Positions 13,441 to 26,580 of a stretch of 64,000 nucleotides of DNA are shown piece after piece (position 1 is the stretch's first letter; each line of letters begins with the position of its first letter). Location of the stretch: the NCBI GenBank assembly GCA_964016885.1, contig OZ024753.1:31868001-31932000 (forward strand). Reading direction: 5' to 3'. Source of the stretch: Eledone cirrhosa (taxonomy: Eukaryota). A program made the translations under genes and the position numbers. Below the pieces are notes generated by a model. The model was given only the letters and a program-made list of their open reading frames with translations, had not been told where the DNA came from and ran no database searches.

Positions 13441-15829
13441 ATGGTATACAGAGGTAGGCGACAGAAGACAGCATATATGTAGAGAGAGGGGGGTCCTCCC
13501 AACCCCTTGTTTCTACAGCTTGATACCCACTCTACAGCATGTACTGGGTGTTTTTATTGTGTAGATCACCAGCACTAGGGAGATTGTCATTTTCTTGGGT
13601 CCTCCCAATACTTTGACAAACCTTCTCCGACTGGATGCCCTTCTTAACCTCAACCCCCTGACAATGTGTAGTGGGTGCATTTATCGTGTAGATTACCAAC
13701 ACTAGAAAGGTTGTTTGTGACTGTGACACAAGTGAAGGGTCCTCTCATATTTTAGGCATGGTTTCTACGACAGGTTACCCTTCCTATCGCCATTCTTATG
13801 GAATGTAGGGGGTACATTTTCGTAGCACCATCATTGGACAGGTTGTTGGTCAGAGACCCAACTGTAAAGCCCTCTTTGCTCTTTGAGGGCTATAACTATG
13901 AAGTTATGGGAATTTGGCAGGGCAATGGGTAAAGTGTAGGAGTGGCTTAATAGTGTATGGGGAGAGGGAGAATGTAGTATGTATATATACACACATACTT
14001 ATCTAAGTAAGAAAATATATACATATGTATGTGTTTGTGTGCATTTCTACATGTTTGTTTAAAGTGTTTTGTTATATGTGAAATGTAGCCAAATGTGATG
14101 CATCAGTGTTGTATCTGTGTGTGGATAAAGGGAAGTAATAGAAAATGTGTGTGTGTGTGTGTGCATTTCTACATGTTTGTTTAAAGTGTTTTGTTATATG
14201 TGAAATGTAGCCAAATGTGATGCATCAATGTTGTATCTGTGTGTGGATAAAGGGAAGTAATAGATGCAGGTTAGAGGAAAAGGGGCAGTGTATATAGGCC
14301 ATTGGGGGCCTATATATATACTTATGGTAAACATGTTGATTAATTAAAGTGGCATATACAACACACCGATTAGTTAATAATGATGTAATTAGATTGAAGT
14401 ATTCGAAGTCATGTGTTTTCTTCCAAATATAATTTATTGCTTATGTCCAATCCCCTGTGAACTTTAGTTCCACTCTACAGGTGTGTGCAGTTGATTGACC
14501 ATCTACCACTCCCACTAGGCATTTAGAACCATTAAAGTAAGCCTATATGACACACCAAAACCACCCTCCTCTACAGTTGGTGAGATACTAAGGTCACAGA
14601 GTTAAATTCGCTCTAATATTTTTTGCTGTGCCACTGGGTTTCATATTATAGATTTATTGTTATCAGCACAACCACCTTATAGGGTGGCCTGTAGGGATTT
14701 TATGATGTGGCAGGACTGTTGAAGAGCAGGTGTGGAGTTTGGCTAGTTTTCCATGGCTTGGGCACATAATATATACAAATAATTTATATAAAACTAACCG
14801 AATTACCAGCATCTTGCTGCGTTTCACACATTGTTTTTTGTAAGAAAGTGGTGATTGATATTAAATCAGTGATATAATTTATGGAGAAAAACTCTGCATT
14901 TCAATATTAACCAAAGTAAAATGTAATGCATGAAAAACATTATATTTTGTAATATATCAAATCAAAATTACATTATTAAATCTTATTCTTATTTTGTTTC
15001 TTGTAAATAATATTTTTAAAAATATCAATTCAAAACTTTTGTGAATAGGCATCATATCTTGTCATTTAGCTATGGTTTAAATTTGATATAAATCGAAAGG
15101 AAAAAAGTTTCAGCGGGGGTTTGTGCCTCCGGGGAACCCCAATAGGGGTTTTAACCCCATTATATATATACAACTAGATATATTATATTTATTTAATTAT
15201 ATATATAAAATGTATATATATTTAATAAAATATATTTTAAAAAATACATTTATATATATATATACATTATGTACGTATGTATTAATATATATAGTAATTA
15301 TTTATTATTAATATAAATATATATATACTATATATAAAATGGGAAGTATACAATCTAAAAAGAATCGAACTCACGATCGTGAAGTCGCAATGGCTTTAAA
15401 TACTTTGCGCATGCGTAATTGGCCTAATTCTGTATCGCAAAAACAAAATGGCCGCTGGAACAATCTCTCTTTTTTCCAACCCGAATGAAAAACGTTAAAA
15501 ACTTGGATTTTACTATTTATAAGGAGGTAAAGTAAAGTTTTATGTTTATTTCCTTCCATAAACGTCAACAATAATTATTGAAAAGATAGTTTTGTTCTAC
15601 TACTACAACATCTCCCCGTGGTGTTGTATTTCAATGGTGCTTATTGCTACGTGATAGATTGATCATGCTATATTATCTTATGCAAGAACGTTACGTTTCC
15701 AAAGCAATCCAGGTTAACAGACAGATATGATGTTGTCATTGCGTATGTCTGTTCCACTTTACATGTGTGTGGAGTTGATTGTCAATCTGCCATTCCTAGT
15801 AAGTAGTTAGAACCATACCTACATGGCAC

Positions 15830-16385
15830 TCCAAAACCACCCTCCTCCATAGCTGGTCAATTCCAGGTGAGAGGGTGATTGAAGCAGTTTAAGGACGTAT
15901 ACTTCTCGTGGGAACCTCTACGGCCAGCTACTTCTCGTAGGATCATCTTGGTCAATGCCAGGTTAGATGGGGACATGAGCACTTTAAAGGCGTAAACATC
16001 TCGTACGATCCTATACGGCCAGCTAAACCATAATCAGTGCCTACTTAGAGGTCGTAAACATCTCGTAGCATCCTCTACAATCAGCTAAACCCTGGTCACT
16101 AAAACCACCCTCCTCCACAGTTGGTGAATTCCAGGTGAGAGGGCGATTGAAGCACTTTAATGGCGTAAATATCTCGTACGATCCTCTACGGCCAGCTATA
16201 CCTTGGTCAATGCCAGGTTAGATGGTGAAATAGGCAGTTTAATGCCGTATATTCTCGTGGTATATCCTCTACGGCCAGCTAAACCATGATCAGTGCCTGT
16301 TTAGAGGGTGTAAACATCTCGTAGGAACCTCTACAGCCAGCTAAACCCTGGTGAATGTCGTGAGAGGGCAATTGAAGCACTGTTT
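15830..16385 (+). repeat. Degenerate ~60-bp repeat cluster
   Basis: Recurring tctcgta.gatcctctacggccagctaaacc and gtcaatgccaggttagatgg; reverse-complement cluster at 23690-24180. Confidence 0.75.
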
Positions 16386-17879
16386 AAATAATTATTTAAA
16401 CGTTTCTGAAGAGAGAAACTAAGAATGTATATCAAGGCTCTAAAGAATGTTGAAGTGTCTTAAGACAACGCTGTCAAGTGCATTTCTAAACTTTGCAGTT
16501 TTGACACATCTATACGTTTCGGCACTTGTATCCCTAATACTCCTTCTTTTTCATACGCTCTTTTGTCTATTTCCCTTCTCTGACCATCTGGTCACTTCTT
16601 GTATTAGTCTGTCTCTACTTCACCCCCCTCTGCTACAGAACAGTAAATTAATTTATCAACCCAGCCAAGATGAAAGGCAAACCTAACCATAACAGGAGGG
16701 TTTCGACTCAGAAAGTCGCAACTAAATATTGTAAAACAACCTGTCCGACATTCTAGCGATACTGAGTGTTGTAACATAAAAAATACCAAAGAAACACCGT
16801 ATGTCAATACGGCATTCATATCAGGAGTTAGAGGATGTCAATACAGCGCCCTTAATAGGAGTTACAGGACAATACCATACCATATATATAAATTCTGTAC
16901 TTAGACACGGGAAGGGACGAGCTCTGCCAGGCTTTAAAAATACCGTTGCCGCCGTGGCCACTGTGAAAAACGACTTTTACGGGTCTTGGGACAATGCTCA
17001 CCCCATGACATCAAGATCATCCTGACGGACCCAAACGCTCACATCATCATCATCTGCCGGGTCCACAGAAGAGCTCAACTCGACAATACTGATCATCGGT
17101 TGCTGGTTGTGAACGGACCCTGACACCAAGTCTGGGTGTGACGTCCTTTTAAACTCAAAACCCCTTCCCAAACGGCCCTTTTTAAATTGTCGCCAGCGCT
17201 GCTCAACAGGATACACATGAAAGTAATTCGTTCGGAATACATATTTTTTCATAAAAAAAATTGTTAATGCGTTGTATATATTTATTCCTAATAAATGTAG
17301 CGGTCCTGGCGTCAGTACAGAGGTAAGTAATCTATATTTTTAATTATTCATTGAAGAAAAAGATATAAACGAAATGAATGGAGGTAATTCGTTCGGAATT
17401 GAAATTTTCATGAGAAAATTGTTAGTGCGTTGGTCTCAAGACGATACTTTTAATGAATATAATTTCATAATTTATAGAGAAAAAAAGGTTCAGAGCTCGA
17501 ATCCCTCATCGTCACCATACCACCAATGCGCTAATAATTTTCTTGTAAAAATATCTTTACTCAGAACCCCAAATTACCTCCCTTCGTTTCGTTTATATTT
17601 TTTTTAAACAAAAATTGTGAAAAGTACCCATAAGTATGTGTTTCCAACTCAGTAGAATTGCGGCCTTCGAGGTGGCGCGCGAGCTGCGTCTCGGATCGCC
17701 AGTCCCAGTGACTGACGTTCGTTTCGTAGTGGCGTGCGACTGCTAAAAGGGCCTGGGACTGTCTGGGCCGGTACGTAGATACTGGCCCGTCCCAGACCAC
17801 CTCGGAGAATATTTTTGCTAAAAAAAACGTGAATTATCTCCCCTTGGATTTTAAAAATCCATTTTCATTTAGTTAATTT

Positions 17880-18970
17880 TTCCAAAACACTAATTTCATA
17901 TAGAATTTTTTTTTCGACTTTTCAAAAACACTAATTTCATATAGAATTTTTTTTTCGACTTTTCAAAAACACTCGTTTCATATAGAATTTTTTTTCGAGT
18001 TTTCAAAAACACTCGTTTCATATAGATTTTTTTTTTTTGACACTTTCAAAAACACTTATTTCATATAGATTTTTTTTTTTTTTCGACTCTTCAAAAACAC
18101 TCATTTCATATAGAATTTTTTTCAACTTTTCAAAAACACTCGTTTCATATAGAATTTTTTTTTCGACTTTTCAAAAACACTCATTTCATATAGAATTTAT
18201 TTTCGACTTTTCAAAAACACACATTTCATATAGAATTTTCTTTTCGACTTTTCAAAAACACTCGTTTCATATGAATTTTTTTTTCGACTTTTCAAAAACA
18301 CTCGTTTCATATGAAGTTTTTTTTCGACTTTTCAAAAACACTCATTTCATATAGAATTTATTTTCGACTTTTCAAAAACACACATTTCATATAGAATTTT
18401 CTTTTCGACTTTTCAAAAACACTCGTTTCATATGAATTTTTTTTTCGACTTTTCAAAAACACTCATTTCATATAGAATTTTTTTTCGACTTTTCAAAAAC
18501 ACACATTTCATATGAATTTTTTTTCGACTTTTCAAAAACACTCGTTTCATATGAATTTTTTTTTCGACTTTTCAAAAACACTCGTTTCATATAGAATTTT
18601 TTTTCGACTTTTCAAAAACACTCGTTTCATATGAATTTTTTTTTCGACTTTTCAAAAACACTCGTTTCATATGAATTTTTTTTTCGACTTTTCAAAAACA
18701 CTCGTTTCATATAGATTTTTTTTTACGACTTTTCAAAAACACTCGTTTCATATAGATTTTTTTTTCGACCTTTCAAAAACACTCGTTTCATATAGATTTT
18801 TTTTTTCAACTTTTCAAAAACACTCATTTCATATAGATTTTTTTTTCGACTTTTCAAAAACACTCATTTCATATAGATTTTTTTTTTGACACTTTCAAAA
18901 ACATACAATTCATATAGAATTTTTTTTCGGCTTTTCAAAAACACTCATTTCATATAGATTTTTTTTTGAC
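17880..18970. repeat. ~40-bp satellite array, about 26 copies, grading into a ~30-bp tagacacttcat array to ~19200
   Basis: Unit (t)n-cgacttttcaaaaacactcgtttcatatagaa. Confidence 0.95.
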
Positions 18971-20359
18971 ACTTCATCTAGTTTCTTTTTAGACACTTCA
19001 GTTAGATTCTTAATTTCTTTTCTTCTTAGACACTTCATTTAGATTCTTTTTTTTTAGACACTTCATTTAGATTCTTTTTTTAGACACTTCATCTAGATTC
19101 CTAGTTTCTTTTTTAGACACTTCATCTAGATTCTTAGTTTCTTTTCAGACACTTCATTTAGATTCTTTTTTTTTTTAGACACTTCATCTAGATTCTTAAC
19201 TTTTTTTTTTATACTGTTCAAGGGAGACAACTCCTACTCTGAAAGAGTTACCTCCCTTTAATAAGACTCTGTTCAAGGGAGATAACTCTTATTTTGAAAG
19301 AGTTACCTCCCTTTATTTTTGAAAATCTGCTTAGTTTCTTTATTTAGAAACTTCGTATACACTTACGTTCTTTATAGTACGTCTTACTCATTTTCTTGTA
19401 GACTCTTGATTTCTTTATTCATTTTTGTGAAAATAAACTGAACACAATTCGTATATAAGAGATAAACTTTCTTTATTCATTTTTGGCAAAATAAACTGTA
19501 TAATATAATATGTAATTTTTCTTTATTAACAGAAACTACGCCATTCCCACTTGTTACGGCAAACAACACAGCATATGAACTTGAAGGCTGGACATCTGTA
19601 AAAAGAAATGAAAGTCATTTACATACGTTATCAATAAAAAGAATATTAAACTTTATAAAATTCACCCGATTTTGTCTTTTCTTATATATATATATTTAAA
19701 TGGACGAAACTAAGAATGTATATAAAGTTTCTTAAAGAAATAAAGAAAATAAGAATGTAAATGCTTATTGGTTACGTAGATTAACAGTTAAAGCGATATC
19801 GATCTGGTTAATATTTGATTACGATGATGATATCTAACAAAAAAACAACAGCAACAACTAAGAATGTAGACGAGTTTCTAAAGAAAGAAACTTCAACTAC
19901 ATTCTTAATTGTTTTTTAGGAATGACAATGACGAAACAAGAAACTAAGAATGTAAATGAAGTGTTGAAAAGGAACAAAGAAAGTAAATGAACTTTCGTAA
20001 GAAGAAACTAAGAATGTAAATGGTTCTATGTTACGTGGGTTAATGTGATATCGATCTAGTTAACACTAACTAACAGTTAAGTGTTGAAAAGGAACAAAGA
20101 ATCGTAAGAAGAATGTAAATGGTTATTGGTTACGTAGATTAACAGTTAAAGCGATCTGGTTAATCCTTACGGGGTCGATAAAATAAAGTACCAGTAATGC
20201 ACTGGATATTTGCTGGCCTTGTGCCTAAAGTAGAAACAATTTGATTACGACGATAATATCTAAAAAAAACAACAGCAACAACTAAGGATGTAGACGAGTT
20301 TCTAAAGAAAGAACCTTCATCTACATTCTTAGTTGTTTTTGAGGAATCTCAATGACGAA

Positions 20360-21007
20360 TAAATGTAAATGGTTCTGTTACGTGGGTTAATGTGATATCG
20401 ATCTACTTAACACTAACTAAAAGCTAAGTGTTGAAAAGGAACAAAGAATCGTAAGAAGAAACTAAGAATGTAAATGGTTCTGTTACGTGGGTTAATGTGA
20501 TATCAGACTAGTTAACACTAACTAACAGTTAAGTGTTGAAAAGGAACAAAGAATCGTAAGAAGAAACTAAGAATGTAAATGGTTCTGTTACGTGGGTTAA
20601 TGTGATATCGATCTAGTTAACACTAACTAACAGTTAAGTGTTGAAAAGGAACAAAGAATCGTAAGAAGAAACTAAGAATGTAAATGGTTCTGTTACGTGG
20701 GTTAATGTGATATCGATCTAGTTAACACTAACTAACAGTTAAGTGTTGAAAAGGAACAAAGGATCGTAAGAAGAAACTAAGAATGTAAATGGTTCTGTTA
20801 CGTGGGTTAATGTGATATCGATCTAGTTAACACTAACTAAAAGTTAAGTGTTGAAAAGGAACAAAGAATCGTAAGAAGAAACTAAGAATGTAAATGGTTC
20901 TATGTTACGTGGGTTAATGTGATATCGATCTAGTTAACACTAACTAACAGTTAAGTGTTGAAAAGGAACAAAGGATCGTAAGAAGAAACTAAGAATGTAA
21001 ATGGTTC
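20360..21007. repeat. 105-bp tandem repeat, about 6 copies, with degenerate copies from ~19700
   Basis: actaagaatgtaaatggttc recurs at 20461, 20566, 20671, 20776, 20881 and 20988. Confidence 0.95.
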
Positions 21008-21830
21008 AAAACGTAAGTCATCGTGAGTTCGATTCTCAGACCGGACTTTGCGTTGTGTCCTTGAGCAAGACACTTTATTTCAAGTTGCTCCAAATCACAC
21101 AGTAGCAATTAGTTGGACAACAAAAGGTTTCTTTCTACGTACAAGAGAATATATGTGTGCGAGAAATGAAGCTGCCATGCTTCGTTGGGTATGAAAGAAA
21201 TAAAGATAATAAAAATGTAGCTGTATATAGAGGTTTTTTAGAAGGAAAGGTATATGAAGTGTGACATAAAGTGTGTGTATTTAATAAAATGTAAGACAGT
21301 TCGAGTATAGAGCAAAGAAAACATTACATACCTCCATACATGAGGGAAGTAATATCCAAAATGAATTTTTTTCAAATAACCGGAAGTCAATAAAAAAAGA
21401 GAAGAGATCCATAAAGAGGAGGTAACTCTAAATAAAGGGAAAGGAAAAATAATTGCTCACCCAGTCCAGGACACAGGCTTGCATATAGCCAGCCTGCAAA
21501 TAGTTCCGACTGCCGAAGCCGCGATTCGAGACATAGAACGGCCACGCCATACATAAGTAGGCGATGAAGTCCGAACAGCTACGCGCGTCGCCACGCGAAG
21601 CCACAGTAATACTCTGTAAATTAGTCATATTTATAGCTAAAATTTTGTTTGTTTTTTAAAAAGAATATAGAAGCGGAAAGAAAGCTAGATAACACGCCCC
21701 AAAATATATTCTGTGTGTTACCTTACTCTCATTCCGTTTCTATATATAAATTAATTTAAAAGATATATGCCGAACAATTAATATGTAAGTTAATATACAT
21801 GTTTTTGTAAATTGAAAAATTAGTATATAT

Positions 21831-23228
21831 CATCATCATCACCGTTTTACGTCCGTTCTTCCACGCTAGCATGGGTTAGACGAGTTGTCCTGTTGTGGGC
21901 AGTGTCTGGTCGGCTGACCATGTCTTGCTCATACAGGAACTGATTTTGGCTTGATTTCTACAGCTGGATGCCCTTCCTAACACCAACCTCATTTACAGTG
22001 AGTGCTGGGTCCTTTTTCCGTGGCGCCGACACGTCCACTTTACAGTGTGGGCTGGGTGCTTTTTTGCCGTGGCACCTCCACGACCACCTTGCAGTGGGAG
22101 GGTGTGGGGGCATATTGTCTATATGCTTCAGCTTGTACCCATGGGAGGTCGGGTATTCTGTATTACTGCGTGACGCCAGAAGTCACGGTCGTGTGTCATC
22201 GCCTTTGAGAGGTGTAATTGGGTAAGGTCGGCTTTTATCACCTCATCCCAGGTCTTCTTGGGTCTCCCCACTCCGCGGTTTCCATCGATTTCTAGTGCTA
22301 TGCAGCTGTCATCCTTCATACGCATCACATGTCCATACCAACTCAACCGCCTCTCCTGCACACAGCATTTGATTCCTCTTATGCTCATTTATGCTTTTTC
22401 GTTCGCGTATATTACTATTACACATCCATTGGAGCATGCAGGCTTCGTTTCTTTCTAATCTACGTAAGTCTTCCACCTTCAGCGCCCAGGTCTCACTACC
22501 ATCTAACATTGTTGTTCGGATACACGCATCATACAGTCTGCCTTTCATTTTGAGGGAGAAGCCTTTTGCAGCTAGCAGTGGCAGTAGTTCCCTGAACTTC
22601 TTCCATCCCGTTCTTACCCTAGTTATTGTACTTTCTGAACACCCACCTCCACTGCTAATTCGGTCACCTAGGTAGCAGAAGCTGTCTACTGTTTATACAG
22701 AGCCCTCCCAGAGATTGGTGGTACTTGTTTCCTGTGGCTGTTTGCTGCTTGCTGTCCCAGCACAGCTGCTGCATGTGAAGCCTACATTCTTAATTAAGCT
22801 TCCTGAGATCCCGCTACATCGCTTGTGTACCCATTGTTTGCATTTGGGGTAGAGAATGGAGTTCCTACCTACACCTTTCCTACATACTGAGCAAGGCCAT
22901 TTCCCTGAGGGGATCTGGGTTCTGTTTTCTCGTCTACTTACAAGGACCTTAGTCTTTGTCATGTTGACTTTGAGACCCTTTCTTTCTAGTCCCTGCTTCC
23001 AAGTTTGGAATTTCTTCTCTAGTTCTACCATAGATTCAGCTATAAGTGCGAGGTCATCAGCATACAGGAGTTCCCATGGGCATCCGGTCTTAAACTCCTC
23101 CGTTATTGCCTGCAGGACTATGATGAACAGGAGAGGGCTAAGAACAGAGCCCTGGTGGACACCAACCTGTACGCTAAATTCCTCGCTATACTCATTGCTA
23201 ATCCTAACTTTGCTGACTGCTCCCCTTT
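21831..23228 (-). mobile_element. RTE-clade LINE, 5'-truncated and frameshifted
   Basis: RT motifs GVHQGSVLSPLLF and LLYADD, Cys-rich segment (WPCSVCRKGVGRNSI..C..WVHKRCSG), GSETW, RLSWYGHVMR, GRPKKTW; 3' UTR and (TGA)n tail. Confidence 0.93.
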
Positions 23229-23244
23229 ATATATATACATATAT

Positions 23245-23424
23245 AACGAAGGAAATGTAGTAAGGAACCAAGTGGACCATAACGCACCAAAGTACTCAAT
23301 ACTTAGGGTAGTAGAGTGGGTAATAGGAACAAGTAAGACCCCGACGGCTGAGCTCAAGCTTCTGAGTACAGAATTAGCCGTCGAAACGGCTTGAGCTCAG
23401 CCGTCGGGGTCTTACTTGTTCCTA
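23245..23424 (-). mobile_element. Fold-back mini-element in (TA)n, family 1 (Penelope-like end), copy 1
   Basis: Perfect 36-bp inverted arms 23324-23359 / 23389-23424; homologous to 28334-28484 and 48007-48241. Confidence 0.7.
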
Positions 23425-23689
23425 TATATATATATATAAAGTTTGTTCTAAGTTTATCATTGGGTTTCCTTGTTAAGTGTCTCAGAGTACAATAGGTACT
23501 GATAGGTTATTGAAGGATTTACTCCCTAACTACTGAGTGTACTGGAACGACATGAAATAAAGTTTTTTTTCTTTTACACTTGAGTGTGTTGGTTGCTAAT
23601 AACACAGAAAGAAGTATACCACAGATTTCTTCCAGAGAAAGCTTTTAACAAAGTTCCCTGTTCCATTATCTGGAGTAAGAGAGACAGGC

Positions 23690-24180
23690 AAAGTTTAACT
23701 GGCCGTAGGAGATCCTACGAGAAGTTTATGATCTTAAACTTCTTATTTCACCATCTGACCTGGCATTGACCAAGATTTAATTAACTGTAGAGGACCAGGG
23801 TTTAGCTGGCCCTAGAAAAGCCTACAAGCAAACCACGCCCTAAAGCCATTACTTTCATCCTTTAACCTGGCATTGACCAGGATTTAGTTGGCTGTAAGGA
23901 AGTATACACCCCAAAACTGCTTCTTTCACCCTCTCACATTGTCTAGGGTTTAGCTGGCCGTAGAAGATCCTTAAAACTGCTTTTTTGCTTGCTAACACAC
24001 CATCGACCACGTTTTATCTGACCATAGGCAATCACACGAGAAGTAAATGCCTTAAAACTCTCTTTCACCTGCTAACCTGGTATTCACTGAGGTTAACCTG
24101 GCTGCAGAAGATTCTATGAGAAGTATATGCCCTGAAATTGCTTTTTTCACCTTCTATTACTTTAGCCTGGCAATGACATA
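23690..24180 (-). repeat. Inverted counterpart of the 15830-16385 repeat cluster
   Basis: ggtttagctggccgtag and acctggcattgacc units. Confidence 0.7.
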
Positions 24181-24714
24181 ATTTGACTTTGAAACATATA
24201 TATGTACTCTTACTAGTAAAAAGAATTCTGCCTAAACCTATTTCTGATTCATAGTTTATGAAAAAATATGTTACATATATCTGTCTTCCAAACAGATTAC
24301 TTCCATTCATTTCATTTACATATATATAATTTTCCACAAATTAAAAATATAGAGTACTTACCTCCATATAGATGTCAGTCCAGCCACACTGACATTTATT
24401 AGTAAGTGGAAGACAACAAATATGTTAACAAATGTGAATAATACATAAATGGTTAATTAAACTGATATTTTTTATTAGTGTTCTATATGTTAGTGAAGGA
24501 CAGGTACACTGGTTCACAACAACACCCAGATGGTGGCATGCTAAACTTAGTGAGGGTGGGACACTTGGAGCGGAGATGGGCACTGTCAAATATTTCTAAG
24601 GCTCGCTGAACTGTCATGATGGAGACACAGTAAAACATCTAGAATAGCACCCCAACAGTTGACTGCACTAGCTATGGGAAATAATTCTGCATAATGTTCA
24701 GTTGAGTAACATTT

Positions 24715-25068
24715 ACAATACATATGATCACTAACATGTAGCATTGCTGTTTGTTTACATGAATCATACAATATGCCCTTCATTCTGAGGGAAAACCTTT
24801 TGTAGCTAGCAGTGGTAGTAGCTCCCTGCACTTTTTTTCATCCTGTTCTCATTCTGGCTACTGTACTTTTGAAACACTCTCCTCCACTGATTTAGTCATC
24901 CAGGTAATGGAAACAGTTGACTATTTCTACAGAGCCCTCTGGGCATTTTAAGGAGTTAGTATCCTATGAGCTCTTGCTACTTAATGCACCCAAGATCCCA
25001 CTAAATCTCTTGTGCACCCATAGTTTGCATTGGGAACATAGGAAGATATTTCTACCTACTCCTTTCCT
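24715..25068 (-). mobile_element. Degenerate RTE LINE fragment
   Basis: FSLRMKGILYDSCKQTAMLH; similar to 22500-22880. Confidence 0.75.
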
Positions 25069-25228
25069 GAAAAGTTGGTTATGGAGATATAAAAGTTACA
25101 GAAGCGAAAACCAATCCAAACCAAAGAGTCAGTGTGTTTTATTATTTCTGGCAATATTACAACAATATGACCCTCCCCAAGTATGACAATATTTGTTTCA
25201 ACACTATTTCTTATCAAAAACCTTGCAA

Positions 25229-25290
<62 letters not shown>

Positions 25291-25302
25291 TATAAATATA
25301 TT

Positions 25303-25516
25303 GGTTTCAGACTTAGGCACAAGGCCAGCAATTTTAGGGGAGAGGAAAGTCGCTTAAATCGACCCCAGTGCGTGACTGGTACTTCATTTTATTGACCCCG
25401 TAAAGATGAAAGGCAAAGTAAACTTCGGCGGGGTTTGAACTAAGATCATAAAGGGCCGTAATTCTATTATGCTGCAAAGCATGGCATCTGACCATCTCCC
25501 GATACAGCCAATCCAC
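25303..25516 (-). mobile_element. tRNA-derived SINE
   Basis: Reverse complement of the 5640-5827 family. Confidence 0.8.
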
Positions 25517-26192
25517 TATATAGTAATATAAATATATATCATATATAATATATATATATATGATATATAATATATATATATTATATGATATATATATTAT
25601 ATGATATACGATATATATATTATATGATACATATAATATACATATAATATAATATATATATAATAGCTATAATCCAGTCTTATTAAATAAATAAGATGTA
25701 GTATATTTCATATGAAATATGTTCATGAAATAGATCAAAGAAGAAAATATCAAGAATAAAGAAGAAAACAACAAGGTAAAAATAAGAGGAATAAAGAACA
25801 AGACAAAACTCTATATATGATGTTTTTAATTGTATGTTTTTCTTTATGTTTATTTGGAGGAGAGGGGTGAACAATTTCTTTATGTAAAATGTGGAATGTC
25901 ACAATACTGTGAAAGACACACATACACACACTTGCACTCACACATACACACACACATGCATCACAATACATATTAAGCCAAGGAATGAATATATGCACCA
26001 CAATCACAACAACAACATAACCACGTATATCCTTCAGTATAAGTCACACTAGCAAATAAGTGGCACCCCCTATTTTGACAACATGCTTCCTACATATATT
26101 ACATGCCGTATGCTTGGTTAATAGGTTGCATGTTAGTCTTAAGTCTTTCTTATATATTTTTTTAATTGGGAGGTTTTACACACCAGTACATA

Positions 26193-26252
<60 letters not shown>

Positions 26253-26266
26253 ACATATATATATAA

Positions 26267-26302
<36 letters not shown>

Positions 26303-26316
26303 ACATATATATATAA

Positions 26317-26362
<46 letters not shown>

Positions 26363-26497
26363 AAGTGAGGTTTTTTTAACAAAAAGAAAAATAACCGAGG
26401 TGTCCTACATGAGTCAAAGTATAAAGAAAAAAAGATGAAATCGAAAATGCAACTGGAGTCTTATTTAAAAAGAAATCTATATATATTTATTTGGTTC

Positions 26498-26533
26498 CTT
26501 TACCGGTTTCGCAGTTGTTCTGCTTTTCAAAAG
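26498..26533 (-). ncRNA. Predicted minimal type-I hammerhead ribozyme, U3-A8 core variant
   Basis: CUU-UUGAAAA-GCAG-aacaa-CUGC-GAAA-CCGG-UA^AAG; stem I CUU/AAG, palindromic stem III ACCGGU, GUA triplet. Confidence 0.65.
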
Positions 26534-26580
26534 TAGAGTTGAGATGTGAGAAAAACCACAGACCCTCCATCTCAACTCTA

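Larger units (their letters stand above)
14792..21751. mobile_element. Candidate ~7 kb composite non-autonomous element (Helitron/Helentron-like?) with internal satellites
   Basis: Distinct composition (CpG-rich patches, no long TA microsatellites), several internal tandem arrays and hairpins; boundaries and class are inferred. Confidence 0.35.

Noticed and set aside
16930-16985. Walker A-like VVFHSGHGGNG on the - strand (SF3 helicase?)
   Set aside because: Lacks the invariant GK[ST] and any downstream Walker B; the frame is short.
17880-18970. CRISPR-like array or ORFs in the 40-bp repeats
   Set aside because: No spacers; the ORFs are just translations of the repeat unit.
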